From: the human T2T-CHM13v2.0 reference genome, Homo sapiens
DNA: 64,000 nt
Direction: 5' to 3'
NCBI GenBank assembly: GCA_009914755.4
Contig: CP086569.2
Location: 4,768,001 to 4,832,000 of the forward strand
Shown here: positions 12,249 through 30,062 of the stretch, one piece after another
Layout of the letters: every line of letters starts with the position of its first letter
Numbering within the stretch: position 1 is the first letter of the stretch
Made by a program: the position numbers and the translations under genes
The notes under the pieces: generated by a model
Seen by the model: the letters and a program-made list of their open reading frames with translations, nothing else
Databases searched by the model: none
What the model was told of the DNA's origin: nothing

Positions 12249-15200
12249 ATCCAAGTTTCTAACACAACTTTCTAACTATTTTTTTATGATTATTTTCAGT
12301 TGATGTAGAACTTTACAAAATCTATTGACTTCAAAGAGGGATCAAAACAATCATATTCTACAGATGTACCCAATAGATATATGGATTCAATTAAGTTTGG
12401 TAGAAGATGAGAACAAAATAACTACTGATTTAGGAAAATTGGATGCAGAATAATAATTATAGTAGGGGCAATTTTGTCTGTAGATGGCAGTATGACAATT
12501 CTTGCTAGAAAATATATTGAAAAAAACTTCAACACAAAGGGTTGTAGCACTGTCCTCAGTACCATTGTGGGCATGAGGATCAGAATAGTCTGGGCTAGAT
12601 ACATCACATTAAAGCTTTTCAGAATCTGATAAATAGCTCTAAATACTAATGATATTGAGAAGCCTAGCTTCACTTGGGAAAATCTGTGGCTGTTCACAGA
12701 AATTCAGCACCAAGATATTCCCCCCATACTCTACCAGGCCTTCAGGTCCTCATAAAGAAAAGTGTCGTTTTCAGATTAGGAACTCAAAATTATTTTGGTG
12801 CATCAAATCTACAGTAACACAATATAACAAGAATGGGATTAGAAAAATGAAAGCCTACTCATTCTCATCTTTAAGCCAGAGAATGAAATATATATGAGGT
12901 CTCTACTTTAGATAGCTATTTAAATATTTGCATATTTATGCAAGGTATTTTGAGCCCTTCAGAAGACATTCTTAAAAGATAATAACTTTTGGAAAATAAA
13001 ATGCTTGCTTTCTCTAATGGGCACAAAGAAAACTGTGGGCATATTAAGACCCAAGAAATCTGTGCACAATAACTTAAAACCCAATACATTTATGAAAGCA
13101 AGAGTTTATCCAGTGCCTTTTATCAGTGTTCCATGAAGAAATGAATACAAATTTATCCAGAAACTCTTAAATGTTGAATGATTTAAATATAATTGTTCCC
13201 TTTAAAAATACAAGCAATGGAATTTACCCACATATTTTTCTCGAAGTCATGCTACATGTTGAGTTTATTATTTTGTTTGTGTTAACTCTTAAAAAAGTAT
13301 TAATCTTAGTTTCAGGGAATAAAGTCTTTTGAACACCTATTCAGGCTTAACAAAATAGTAGCAATGTGAAAATCAAAACTGATTTTCTTTCACCAAAAGT
13401 TCGAGATATTAAAGAAGGCTACTGGATTCAAGATAGCAATGCAAATAGTTTACCATAACTTTGGAAATGGGTTTAAGAATGGAGGTCATTCAAGCATAAG
13501 CGCAGTTATATAATACGATAACATTAACTTTTCTCTCTGAATCACACAGTGAACGTAAGGTACTAATTCAGATGTGGGTGCATTTTTGTTACAGTAGGTA
13601 CACAATTAAATGCTGTTTCAAAAGGTAAACTAGAACCCTAGTGTCTGTATAGAGAGCTTCTGTTAGACTTTAAAAGAATTTACGCTGCAGTTGTTATTTC
13701 TACAGTTTAGATGAATCCCATATTTTACATAGTTAGTGGATCTGGGATGGGCAACAAATGTTAAGAGATGTCGAACATCTCCACAGGGTGTGTTTTTGTT
13801 TATATTTAACCATTAAAAAGGGCACTCTCATTTTCAAATTCTTATTGCTATTCTGCTTATTGGATAAGTTTCTCAACATAAAAGTATCTTTTATGACTAA
13901 CACTACATGATTTGGGTATAATAACATTTTTTCCTGGGTTTAATTTGTGACTTTCTTTAAGAAATGTACAAAGAGTGGGTTTGTGAATTACGTATGTAGA
14001 TCATCATTTTTAACAGAGTTAATGAAGTTAATTAATAAAGCAAGTTCTGGTTTCAGTGCTTTTTGAAGGCACAGAGATATTTTATGAGCTAGACTGATTT
14101 TACTTGAGTTTATGAACACATAGCAAGGAGGGCATGGATGAAGAACAAAAAACTGAAGTATTTTTCAAATATCCTCACTTTTTTGTTTTTTTAAAAATAT
14201 TTTGTAATCCTAAAAAGTCATTAAAAATAATAAACTTTTTCCATGACACATTTTATATCATATAACTAAGAGACATTTTCTGAATCATAAGAATTAGTCA
14301 AAATACAAAAAAGTAAATGCTAATGAGAATCAGTTATTGGTTGTTATTAGGTTTTTATTAACTGAAAGGACTATCTTAGAATCATTGAATTAGCAGATGA
14401 CTTATTATTTCACAGCTTAAAAAGTAAATAAATTATATATTTTATTATTGGTTCACAGTTGTTTCATATTCGTTACTAAATATCTTCAAGACATGAATTG
14501 GTGAACTTAGGCAGACTAATATGATACTAAAAATAATTTGAATCTTTACATTTTGTGCTACATTTGCAATGTTCTTTACCTTTTCTATATGCTCTTCAAT
14601 TTGTGTTTAATGTTAGGGTGTTCACTGATGTTGCAGAATGCTAGCAAAATAACTGAGCACTGAAAAAGAAATTATGTATTTAAAAATTCAAATGCAGTAG
14701 GTGTCTTCTTTTTAAAGAAATATCATACAAAATGGGAGAAGTGACAGCCAATACAATACAAATTCATTGTTCCTTAAGGAAATACTTAGAGTGGAATAAA
14801 ATATTACTGTTAGCAGAAGGCAGAATTATTCCAATTTATTTTAAACAGTGAGAAATGCATTTTCAAAATGAGGGTTTGGGGAATATTTACAGTTAGTTCA
14901 TTACTCATCTGTATAGAAACAGGAAAGTGGAAAATAAAATGTTCTAGTAGACTATAAGAGACAAGGGAATTCATCTGAAATTTTATGTTTTATAAAGGGA
15001 ATCAAATACTTTCTAGTTCTCATAATTTCTCATTCTCCTTGATCATTCTATAGGTTGTTTTTCTGACTTGGATGTTCTGAAAATATATGGAACATTTATT
15101 AGATAGGAGTACGTATATTGCATAAAGCCATCTATACCTGGGGAATATAATGGTCGTCTTTGGCATAAGTTTCTACATGTATTATGGAAGGCATTTTTGT

Positions 15201-16496
15201 ATACATTGTAGTAGAAATTTTAAAAACATGAAATTTGAGAGGATGAGGCTACACATTATCTTCTATTAACACCTTCCAAAGCAAGCAGATAGCAATTGGT
15301 TGTTATGACACTAGAGAAACCATAAGTATAAATAATTATTTTAAAATCACTTTTGATCAATGTCATATAAAAGAGATAAACTGCCAAAACCAAGTCTTGC
15401 TTAATACAATTCACCCATTAAATATTGTGAAGACTATACATTTTAAAAAAAATAGAGAGGAGAATAAAAATGAAAGTAGAATTTTTGAAGGTCTTCCAGT
15501 CACTGTCTAAGACAAGTATTTGGGGTACATCATTTTCCAAAAAACAAACAAACAAACAAAAAACCTTACAAGTTTCTGTGATTTGAGTTGGAATAGTCTT
15601 TCAGTTTCAGAAATGAGGTGAATGAATGGTGAAAACTTTAGACAGTTCTAATTCATGCATGAAACCATCCTGTAGATATGATACATGGATTTGAAATGAT
15701 AATTGCAGTCTGAGTTAGCTTGGAATAGGATTGGTATTCGCTATTGTAAAATTCAGTAACTTTGATTCTGCATTTATATTTTGGTAATGCAAATTTTAAC
15801 CATGAAGCATGCTTGGCAAATGAAACTCCTAGAACACAACCATCTGATTTTGATAACCTGTTATTTTTCTTGTCCTAGACTGATTCCAGGACATGAACTA
15901 TTGAAATCTGCAGTGAGATGTAACTTTCTAGGAACAACAAAATTCCATTCCCCTTCCAAAAAATTTCAATGATTGTGATTTCAAAATTAGGCTAAGATCA
16001 TTAATTTTGTAATCTAGATTTCCCATTATAAAAGCAAGCAAAAATCATCTTAAAAATGATGTCCTAGTGAACCTTGTGCTTTCTTTAGCTGTAATCTGGC
16101 AATGGAAATTTAAAATTTATGGAAGAGACAGTGCAGCGCAATAACAGAGTACTCTCATGCTGTTTCTCTGTTTGCTCTGAATCAACAGCCATGATGTAAT
16201 ATAAGGCTGTCTTGGTGTATACACTTATGGTTAATATATCAGTCATGAAACATGCAATTACTTGCCCTGTCTGATTGTTGAATAATTAAAACATTATCTC
16301 CAGGAGTTTGGAAGTGAGCTGAACTAGCCAAACTACTCTCTGAAAGGTATCCAGGGCAAGAGACATTTTTAAGACCCCAAACAAACAAAAAACAAAACCA
16401 AAACACTCTGGTTCAGTGTTTTGAAAATATTGACTAACATAATATTGCTGAGAAAATCATTTTTATTACCCACCACTCTGCTTAAAAGTTGAGTGG

Positions 16497-16860
<364 letters not shown>

Positions 16861-16866
16861 TTATTA

Positions 16867-17267
<401 letters not shown>

Positions 17268-19312
17268 CTATTTTTATCTGTCAAAAGGAGAATGTAAAGT
17301 TCTTTATACTCCCTGATATTTTGAAAAAAAGTATATTGATATTTCTTATATTACGAAACATAATTCCAGTCATATGAGGGTGGAAACAACGATTGAGATA
17401 GGAGATTTCAAAAAGATTTTATCTCAACTTTGAAACTACCTAAGAAAAATGTGAGGTTGCTAGAGTAACTTATTTAAATAAGTCTGTTTTATTTCTCTAG
17501 CATTAAATTACTAAATATACATCATTGCTTTGAGTAATTTTTCCTTTAAAATGAATTCACTTTTCACAGTAAGTCAACTAACTCATTTCCTACACGAATG
17601 AGACAATGCCTCATATTTTGTGTACATTATATTTTATTGAGGAAAGAATGACATGTTCCAATTTTATGCTATATTCTTAAACTATTTATGACTTACTAAC
17701 AGTACTAACAGAATTTTTTAAAATCATGATTTATTGGGATAAAAAGGGAGTACAAAGGACCCTTATAATGATTACATAGCATATGCTTCCTGAATTTTAA
17801 TTCAAATGTTAATTATGTATCATTTTACCTTTAAAAGTGTGAATAGGATTTGGTCTGTTTTGTATGTACATTAACGTTAGTGTATTATTTGAAGTGTTCT
17901 TTGATGTGAATGTATTTAGAAAAGGTTTATGCTCTGTTCAGTATTTCAAATTAGTGTAATTCTTGGATATTTAATATATAGGTAATATTTTAAACAAGTT
18001 TCTGTTAAAATTTAGTGTTCCCATTAACTCGGTACAGAATCCCTTGTATTTCCAATATGTCAGGTTCCATGAATGTACATGCTATCTGGTTGTTTAAACA
18101 TTACTTAGTTGATTATAATGACTGTGAGTATAACTACTTTTACTGCTTATGGTAGATATCATGTGAGTTACAATATTATATTACATACTCTTAAACAACT
18201 GTTGTAGAAAAGTTGCTTGAAATTAAAATACACACTTGTACAAGTTATTCACATAGAACAAGTTTACAGTTCCTCCCCTTTTATTCTTGATAAATATTTC
18301 AGTTTAGTTCAAATCATTCCAAGGAATGTAAAAATTGAGTCAACTTATTATATTCCTAAAATCAGTGCCCTGCAGGTAGTAAGATATACCTAGAGTGGAG
18401 GTTTCCAAAATCTACAGTCTCAATTTAATTTTGAATAAAATGACGAAGCCCAGAAAAGTGAATCAGAAGTTGAAGTGTCCCATAATAAGCTGTCATGGCT
18501 TCATGATCATTTGTGTATGTAATTATTATAAAAATGCATTTGCATTTTTATTGCTTGTGTCATGACTAGCCTGGCCTTTCCTTTCCTTTTCTGCACACAC
18601 TGAACTAAGGGAGAATACCTTGTTTTTCTTCCATTTCAGTGAACCTTTCCTTCATAACTGCAATGAGTAAAGGTCCTAATCACTCCTTTGTATATATGAA
18701 GATGAAAATTCCTTGAAATAATTATCCAGAATTTCTTTAAAAGCATTCCTCAATGGTTTTATGGGTGCTGTATTTGAAGAAGATTAAAATAGAAACTTTA
18801 TTTTAAAGCTATGACTCCATCTCTTAGAATGCAGCGTCTCTGAGAAAGGAACTTCTAAACTGACTTCTGCTTTGGGCTAAAATATTTACCCATATAAGCC
18901 AATGATAGTATAGAGATTTAACAGTATTTAAATTTGGGCCATAGATGAAAATGAATTCTACTTTTGACTAGTAACTATTCTTGATCCATCCTTTGCTTTT
19001 GTTTGAGAGAATATTATCTCTATTTGAGAACAACATGGAAGGCATTGAAACTAGTTTTCCACAAAGGCCAGAGGACAAAAATATTTATTTCCTTACTTGA
19101 TTCCTTATCAGTTGACCTGGTCGCACCTTTAATTTAATTGATATTATTATTACGTTTGCCTTGCAAGTTCTCAGATATCTCCAACCTTTTGTGTTGTCAT
19201 TCATCGACTACGGGAATATTCTCAATGAAATGTCCTTGATGGTCTCTCTGGTTCTTATTCTAGTCATGAAAAGGAAAAGACAAAAAGATAGCAAATCTTA
19301 AAACTAGTCATC

Positions 19313-19665
<353 letters not shown>

Positions 19666-19999
19666 TTAAATTATAAGTAGCTTACCTGATGAGCTACAGT
19701 GTACTGTATACTTTCTCCCCTGCAAGCACTCAAAGAAATATTATTTGATCAAAATCTATAGTGCATAAATTAAACAAAAAATACTGAAATATATTCTCAT
19801 TTTATTTTAATTATGAAAGTTTATTTTTAATGATATGATATTTAAGCTATTATATTTCTCACTTTTTTATTTTCAATGATTTAAATGTAAAAATTATAAA
19901 ACAATTTTAATCTCATTCATTAATTCATCTTTCATGTATAAGTCTGTTTTCTCTGTTGACCACCCTGTCCACATTATGAATGAAAATATGTATATACTT

Positions 20000-20358
<359 letters not shown>

Positions 20359-21683
20359 TTATATTCAATCAATATTTACTAACCTTGTCATTTCACCATG
20401 AAATACTAACTGCATCATTTTGCTGTTTTGTCACCTGCACTCCTCACTGTTGAATTCCATGTTGTAATTGTGTATCTAGCTAGATGTGATGTGCAGCCTG
20501 AGTGTAACAGAAGCACTACAGGACAAGCAGACCTTGAGTAATCTTATATAAATCTAAGCCACATTCCATAAATGCTTCTTGTAGGTGCTTTTGTGTAATA
20601 AATGTATTTTCTTGGCTTTTATGAAGCTTAGTTTGTGTTTATTTTAAATATGACTTAGCTTCCTAGAATATTCAAAGATTCTGTGATAATACAAAGCTAT
20701 ATTTCTTGCATATAATTAGTATTTTTAGAAAGAACTACAGTGCATTTTTTCATACATCGTGCGTGTTCATACATGACATCTTTGGTTTAATGTATTTAGA
20801 ATTAGGAGTTGACTTTTAAAATTCTAGAGTAGCCATAGGTTTCTATTTTTATTGTACGTGTGATACACATTTGTTGTAGAAAAATCTAGAAAATTGTATA
20901 AAGTTTTTAGATGAAGAATTTTAAAATTATTTGTTTTTATTTCAAGCTATAGCAGTGAGTTCTTTATAACAGTAATTCTGTTTGAAGGCTATATAACTTT
21001 TTGAAGTGGTGCATTTTAAAATTATAGAATTATGCTTATTGTTTTATAAACTATACATCCAGGACTTTTTACATGTATTGAAGACTGATTTATTTATTAA
21101 ACATATTGTTTATTTTTATAGATGTATGATTGGACAAATTTATGTAATAACATACCTTGATTAGTTGATAGTGTAATACAGAGGCATGTTACATATCTCC
21201 ATCATGAGACTAAACTCCCCTGAGTAAAAATATCAAGTCTTGATGAAAAAGCTTTTATACTTTAAAAAAATACCATCTAATGTTTTCCAAAAGTTCCCTT
21301 AGAACAACCTAGTTACATAATTATTTCCCAGAATTTTCAGAACTCTTTTAATTTTCCTATATTCTAGATATTTGCAACTGAAATTGTTTTAAATGTTCCT
21401 TTTGAAATAGTTAATTACATTTAATTATCCATACATACACAAATATATCCAATTAATAATAAAACGTTTTTGTCAAGTGAAAAAAATCACAAATCACATT
21501 TCATTAGATTTCAGGTAGTCAAATTGACATAATCATGAAAATGAACTATTCCAATAGATTTTCTAGAAATATTTGTACTTTATCCCTTATCCTAGAACCT
21601 TATATGTACCAATTATATATTGATTTACTTCATAAAATGTTACTGTCTTTTGAATACAGTTGACTTTTAAAAAAATTTTCAGT

Positions 21684-22011
<328 letters not shown>

Positions 22012-22626
22012 TCATTCTTTTTATCTTAAAACTTGGAAGAAACATTAGATACAATAATACTTTCATTAGTCAATTAGAGAAAACTTTAAGTAATAGGCTT
22101 TGACTATTCAGTAGTAGTGAAAAGTAAAACAAATATTGAACTCTAAAGAAAAATGTTATTTACAGAAATCTATAAAATAAACTTTAAAATGTATTTACTT
22201 ATTATATATCAGTTCTAACCTTAATTACAAAATCAATGCAGAGCACCATTTCAATGATATATTATAACTAAAGAGAACTGATCATAAACAACTGTTACAT
22301 TATCCAAAAATATTTTCAGTAATTCAAACATGCAACTTGAATAGTTGTTGAGTGACACAAACTTGAAGTAACTAAAATTATTTTTTTAAATGCACTGGCT
22401 CTTTTGACATGTAAATACAGAAATAGTCTCATATTCAAGGATGGAACAAATACACAAAAATGGAATTTCATGGACTCTCAACACTAGTTTGTGACCTCTG
22501 AAATGAGAGACCATATTTTATTATTATTTTTATTTATTTCATCTCTTGTTATTCAAAACTATGAATTGAGTGTATTTTTTGCAGAAAATTATACTCATCA
22601 TTTATGATGCTCAGATTAAATAATTA

Positions 22627-22931
22627 CTTTTTTGTTTTGTTTTGTTTTGCTTTTTAAGACATAGTCTTGCTCTGTCTCCCAGGCTGGAGTGCAGTGGCCT
22701 GATCTCAGCTCACTGCAACCTCCGCCTCCTGGGTTCAAGAGATTCTCCTGTCTCAGCCTCCTGAGGGACTATAGTCATGTGCCACCACACCCGGCTAATT
22801 TTTGTATTTTTAGTAGAAACGGGGTTTCGCCATTTTGACCAGGCTGTTCTCAAACTCCTGACCTCAGGTGATCCACCTGCCTCAGCCTCCCAAAGTGCTG
22901 GGATTACAGGCGTGAGCCAGCGCACCTGGCC
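22627..22931 (-). mobile_element. Alu (AluS-like), antisense
   Basis: ttttgttttgttttg...agtcttgctctgtctcccaggctggagtgcagtggc...cctcccaaagtgctgggattacaggcgtgagccagcgcacctggcc. Confidence 0.9.
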
Positions 22932-25330
22932 AAATAATTAGTTTTTTTACACAAATTTAATTATCCAAAGAAACTGCTGAGTTATCTTCCAGATTGTTAT
23001 CATGACTGTGTTTACATGATACCAAAACATATGGAGGCAAAATAGAATTTTTTACTACATATAGGGATATTTTGCTGACCTGACAGAATTATTTGACTAC
23101 ATAAAGACACAGAATTTAGTACTACAGAATGATATTGTAAATAGTTTCATTTTCGATAGAAAAAAGAGTTTTACATGCTATATAAAGTTGTCATTATCTG
23201 AATCTAGAATAACTGATAACAGTTAACAACAGAATTCCACACAGTGCTGCAATTCAATTTTACATTTATACATTTTAGTTGTGTATAAAGACATACACTT
23301 ATTTATTTCAAAATGCACACAAATTAAAGAAATGAGAGGGAATGTACACTTAAATCTTTTTAGGTGTCTGAACTGAAAGATAGATGTCTAGAAGTTAATA
23401 TACCTAATTGTGTGTCTAGAGGAAATGTCATATTAATTTGATGTTTAAGCAGTTCTAATGTATTGGTATTAAAATGGGTTAGTGTATGTGTGAGCACAGA
23501 TATGTTTGCATATATGTGTGCATATTTATGTTTCTCAAATTTCTAGCAGAAAAAAGTAATATAAACTTCAAACTAAAGAAAGCTTGTTAAAAGATTTTGC
23601 ATCTACATTTACAATGTTATTGTCCCCTTTTACACCATTATGCCTCGTTTCTAAACTATAATCATCCAGTATCCCTGATATCATCCCATATATAATCTTT
23701 CATTTAGAAAATCCTTGTCATATCCAGTACATTCTGTATGTGTCCTCATGTTTTTTTCTTTTAAAAAAATTATTTGTCTGTTTCCCAAATGATCACAGAT
23801 CCAGTAATGTTAAAGTACATATAAAAAATTAAATTGATTTTTGTTATCTAAGTACTAGTACAGATTCTGCTTCTCTTGCACACACACACAAATAAAGACA
23901 AATTTGCTTTCCATAATAGCCAACTTCTGCCCAGTTGTTATAACTAAAATATATCCAAGTAAAAGTCCATTAAAACAATCCTCTTTATTTTGCATTGTTA
24001 CATTACTTAATTTTAATAATTATGAAAATAAAAAGAAAGAAGTAGTTCTCTGTTAGTCTTCTGTACAATGTCAGATTTGCTGTTTCATGTGTCTTCAACT
24101 TTATGGGTTTAATTTATGTCTTCATCAAATGGCTATGGTATGGATTTACCATAATTATATACATGCGTACATGCCTACCTATGTATATATAAACAAACAT
24201 TTTTGTAAACAGCTCAGTGAGGACTTTGGACTGGCATAAATCATAGGAATATGATTATGAGGATACATCCAATTTTCAGATTGGGCAATGTATACAGTTT
24301 ATTATCATTTCTGATTTTGAGTAGAGTTAGTACTAAGAACAGCATTGAAGAAAAGCAGTATAACATTAAAATTAAGAAGATTTAAAATACAAGAGGATTC
24401 ATAACAGTCACTTTTAAAATATTGTTTTGGCTTTCTACTTTGGAGCTGTAATTTTAAAAAACCAATGAACAGGTTTTTGTATGAATATGTTAGAATGACT
24501 AATTATAGAGCATCTTTCAACTGGAATACATGTAGATACTAACACCTGGTTGTATTTGATGTAATTTCAGTGCATACAGTGTGTGTAATCTGTATTAAGT
24601 GAAATACTTATGAATAAAGTTGTTTCTGCATTGCAATAACACATCTTCTGATATTTTTTGAAGTGCTTCTTGTCAGCAGGGGCTACTAGTTTCATTAACA
24701 TCATCAAGGATCCTAAAATATTTTTAGCACAGTGACATCCTACATTCTTCATGGTATAGCTCATTATCTGTGCTGGATTAACCAGAATTTTTATATTGTC
24801 ATTTCTGTTCACCACCATTGTGGTGTAATTGATCTTTTTCGATTAACCCAAAGCAATGAAGTAGTCATATTTACTAAAGTTTTAGTTTCGTGCGTTTTAT
24901 TGTATTAACATTTTTTGAATATTGGTAATGTGGTATCATTTATGAACCACTGTATTTGATAAAGCATTATCGATAACGGAGTTTACCATGAGTTCAGACA
25001 AGATAAATTAAATATTTCTCAAACTCCTACTGTGAGTAAGGCAATGTGGAGAAGGTCAATGGTTATGGTGAGGGATGGGGTATAGGGGGCTAGAAATGTA
25101 GGATGACCAAGGTTCTCCCCTAGTTGCTATTACTGTAAAAAGCCCCCTGTCCAAGGAGTTGAACTGCAAGTATGTTTAATAAAAAAACAAAAAACAAACA
25201 ACTTTCCTTTTTCCAGTGCAGAAAATTTGTGAGTATATAATATCAGGGTTTAAAAAAAAAAAGAAAAAGAAAAAAAGCACATAAAAGTGACAAAATATAA
25301 AATTTCAGTGTTTACTATAATAATTAGAGG

Positions 25331-25376
25331 GGTGTGTGTGTGTGTGTGTGTGTGTGTGTTAGAGAGAGAGAGAGAA
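25331..25376. repeat. Compound (GT)15(GA)7 microsatellite
   Basis: gtgt... run followed by agagag run. Confidence 0.95.
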
Positions 25377-26016
25377 TATCACTAGTAAACCACCTCCCAA
25401 GTATGTATTGGGTATGGGCATGCATGTACTTACCCCATTTCAGGAAGCATCCTAAAATCAGCAACACTTTCCTCTCCTCAGTCACATCCAAGCCAACAGC
25501 TATATTATGTTGATAATACCTCCAAAATACCCCTGACATTTGTCCCGTCGCCATTTCCTTTTTCCAGTCTTAGTCACCAGTTACCTGTTCCACTACTAAC
25601 AGGTTGCCTTACTTTCTACTTTCATTTGTTCAATCAATTTTCTACCCTGTACCCATAATACTCCTAAAACACAGGTCTGATCCAGTGAAGCCTGACAGAA
25701 AAGCTTCTCTTTCCTCATTGCACATAGAATAAAGCCTCAATTTTTATATTTTTCAAGGGACTTTGCAATCTTAACCAGTTCTACTTGTTCATTCTATCTC
25801 GTACCTTGCCATGCACCTCGTATTTTTGTCATTTCTTCTGCCACCCCCTCCTCCCTGATCATGGCATGCACTTTGATGCCTCCATAAATCTGCACAATTT
25901 ACCAGAATTATTTTGAGGACTTTTTTTTTGTTAAGACACCGCTGCAAGGACAAAAACAAAAATAAACTGCAGTTGGCGATATTGAAGTGCAACTGTGGAG
26001 ATAGGACAAGAACACA

Positions 26017-26271
26017 TTTTTTTTTTTTTTTTTTTTTTTGAGACGGAGTCTCGCTCTGTTGCCCAGGCTGGAGTGCAGTGGCACGATCTTGGCTCACGGC
26101 AACATCCGCCTCCCGGGTTCAAGCAATTTCAGGCTAATTTTTGTATTTTTAGTAGAGACTGGGGTTACACCCTGTTGGCCAACCTGCTCTCTAACTCCTG
26201 ACCTGAAGTGATCCGCCCGCCTCATTCTCCCAAAATGCTAGGATTACAGGCGTGAGTCACCGCGCCCGGCC
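26017..26271 (-). mobile_element. Alu, antisense, with an internal deletion of about 60 bp and a 23-nt poly(A). Perfect TSD AAGAACACA.
   Basis: The Alu body jumps from ...ccgggttcaagcaattt to caggctaatttttgtattttt. AAGAACACA is at 26008..26016 and 26272..26280. Confidence 0.9.
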
Positions 26272-26665
26272 AAGAACACAATTTTAATACCAGAGAGTAT
26301 ATGACAAAAATGAAGAAATGCTACCTGATTTTATTAAAAATGAAACAAGTCGGCATGCTATCATTTCCTTCCATATCTTTTCAAATCTTAGCATCAACCT
26401 TACATAATTCTTATAAAATTAAAATGTTTCAAATAAATGACTAGGTCATATAACCTGTAAACATCAGTTTCTGGAAACTATTCCCAGAAAATTGTTACAT
26501 TGCTTTTCTTCATTAATTCTAGAAACATTTTTAAAGCTCTATTTTGGATATTTTGATTGTTGTTACACCTTTTGTCCATGAGTTACACTCAAAAAGTATC
26601 AAAGGAAAAATTTAACGCATTTATTGATCTGCATATAGTCCATATACAAAGGGGTGAGAGAACCG

Positions 26666-26667
<2 letters not shown>

Positions 26668-26696
<29 letters not shown>

Positions 26697-26761
26697 GAGA
26701 TGGAGTCTCGCTCTGTCGCCCAGGCTGGAGTGCAGTGGCGCAATCTCGGCTCACTGCAAGC
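26668..26761 (-). mobile_element. Severely 5'-truncated Alu insertion: only the last ~65 nt of the right arm plus a 32-nt pure poly(A) tail remain
   Basis: A T run of about 32 is followed by gagatggagtctcgctctgtcgcccaggctggagtgcagtggcgcaatctcggctcactgcaagc, then unique sequence. Confidence 0.85.
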
Positions 26762-27162
26762 GCTTTTAGGCATTTTAGCACAAGAAGCATCTCAGTGTGT
26801 GATTTCTTCAAAGAAAAATATTCCCAGTATGCTATATGGCGAGAAAAAAAGACATTCTTGTCTTCAATAGAGGGACATTTTCTGTGGTGAATAATCACAA
26901 ATCTATATTGACGACTATGGTTTGGATGTGTTTGTGTAGACATAAATCCTGTCGCCGAAGTACTGAGATGAAATGTTCACGCCAAATAGAAATCATTGTG
27001 TCTCTCCGCCCCTCTGCTGAAAATCAAAGTTATCAATTTTGGGAAAACATGAACAGATGGAGAAACCATGGGATATCAAATGTACATATATGTATGTCCA
27101 AATTATAACATGGCAGAGCTACTCTGAAAATGCAGAAACTACATATCCCTACTCAAAACTGA

Positions 27163-27641
<479 letters not shown>

Positions 27642-29360
27642 TTATATGTAGGAAACATTCTGGGAAATTGGGGTTTTGTTTAGTTTAGTTTCTCTTTCAT
27701 ATCTTTCCTAGACAATCTTATATCAGGAGATTCTTAACACCAGCTTTAGGATAAGACATTTCCATGGTACATGTTTTATAAAAAATCGTGACTTATGTCA
27801 CCTCTTTTTGTAAAGGAAATGAAAACCATCATGAATAGGAAAATAATGTTTCTTTTGCTCAGTTACAACTATAGAGAATTTTCAATCATCCCAGATAAAA
27901 TAAAAGCAGCTATTAACATTCTTAAAGTCGGTGACTATTTTCTTCAGTGCACATACCTTGGTAATAGAGGGTCATTATAAAGGGTTAATATAGTGAAAGA
28001 CTAGATATGAAGACAAGACTAAGGACTCAATAACATGAAAAACATAGCAAAAACAGTACATTACCATATTTCTAGTGAACAAATGTTGCTTTTATGTTTG
28101 TGTGGTGTTTTACATTTTCTTGAAGTGCTTCCATCAGGGCATCGGAAAGATTTTTATTCATAAACGCACCCCTCTTATTCCCTTTTAATCTGATAGAGGC
28201 CAAAAGTATGTTTTACTCTGATTTATTTCTTAGAAACAATTATATCTAAAATGAGTCTAACTGAAAAGGTACAATAACAATATTCCAAATATGCCTTAAC
28301 TCTATTTCTACCTCAAATATCACTGTGCTTATGTATGAAATTTCAAATTTCATGGTCCGTTTTTTTTGTTTCATGGAGAAAAATACCATGTCCCTTCTGA
28401 TATGAAATCAGAATCCCAAGAGACAACTCAGAAAATAGACTTGCAACATACCCTTTTTTAGGTTAGTCTGGCATGTAGAATGTGTTAGAACTCCAGATTG
28501 GCTACCACATATAGACATGGGAAGTGTTAGATATACTAACAGATAGAGACTTGTCCTATTAACACATTAAAGAAACATGCTGTAGTTCAGAGCTTCTCAT
28601 CCTCTGGGCACCCTTTGTGACCCTATGTTCACATAGGGGCATGCACCTTGACTCATATAATTTCTGTTAATCCAATAAGAGAAAAAATCTCAGTCAACTA
28701 CACACTTTCTGGATAAGGTGACTCTTTTTACTCAGGAAAACAGTTTTCTGATCATGTTCCCTTATAATACATTTTTATGCCTTTCTTAGCAATATTACTC
28801 TGTGGTATACTTCAGTCAAATCACCTGAACTCTCTCATTCCCTGAGCGGTGGTCACTGTACTCATCACAATGTCTATATACACTGTGTGGAGAGTAAAGT
28901 TTATTTAACCACATAAGCTGCTATTCTGAAAATATATTTTTCACATTGAGAGAAGTATAGTTTGTGTAGCTAAAGCTATACAAGGTGGTTGAGTGTTGGG
29001 AAAAAGAGATTGAGACAGGGAGAGGGTGCTAGTGCTGAAAAGATCAAAAGCCTAACAGGAAAAGAGAAAGAGGTGGTAGGATACAAAAGATCAAAACTAT
29101 GGATTCTCTCGGACATTTCCTCAGTTTCATCAACCTACATATTTATTAGTTTGCCTCTCCCTGGTAATGCCTAGGATTGGTCCTTGCACAAGTTACCATT
29201 TCTGAAGGTTTTACATATTCATGCCCCCAAGTTTTAACACCTTCTCTCATCTCTGACAGAAATATCAAATAATTGTATATATTCTACATGAGGTTTCCCC
29301 TTGCCCAAAGAAACCTAACAGTCCAGAAAGATATTTATGTAAGTTTGATTTCTGTACAGA

Positions 29361-29630
29361 TGTATATAATACTGATATTATATATAATACATATTATATT
29401 ATATGTATATATTTATGTGTATCAAATATTCATTATATTACACATTCCGTATATTTACATATTACATGTATAATATGTAATACACTTTACATACATTATA
29501 CACATATACATATACATATGTTATGTATTATATATTATACATATTATATACATATACACGTATATTATGTATATGTATATATGTATATTATGTACATGTA
29601 TGTAATACACATACATAGTATATATAAATA
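29361..29630. repeat. AT-rich low-complexity or cryptic simple repeat built from (TATATG/ATACAT/TATTA)n-like units
   Basis: A long stretch is composed almost only of ata/tat/tac/atg hexamer variants. The ORFs 29273..29473 and 29518..29763 (YIYIL-type translations) are artefacts of it. Confidence 0.85.
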
Positions 29631-29770
29631 TAAAGCTAAAATACAGTTAATAGAACTTAAATTTATGTTCCAATTTGAAAAAGAAAAAGATGAAGAGTGT
29701 ATTCTTCTAATAGGAACAAATTTTTGTTTTGGTCTTGGAGAAATATTTTACTTACTTAATTAAGTAATAA

Positions 29771-30062
<292 letters not shown>
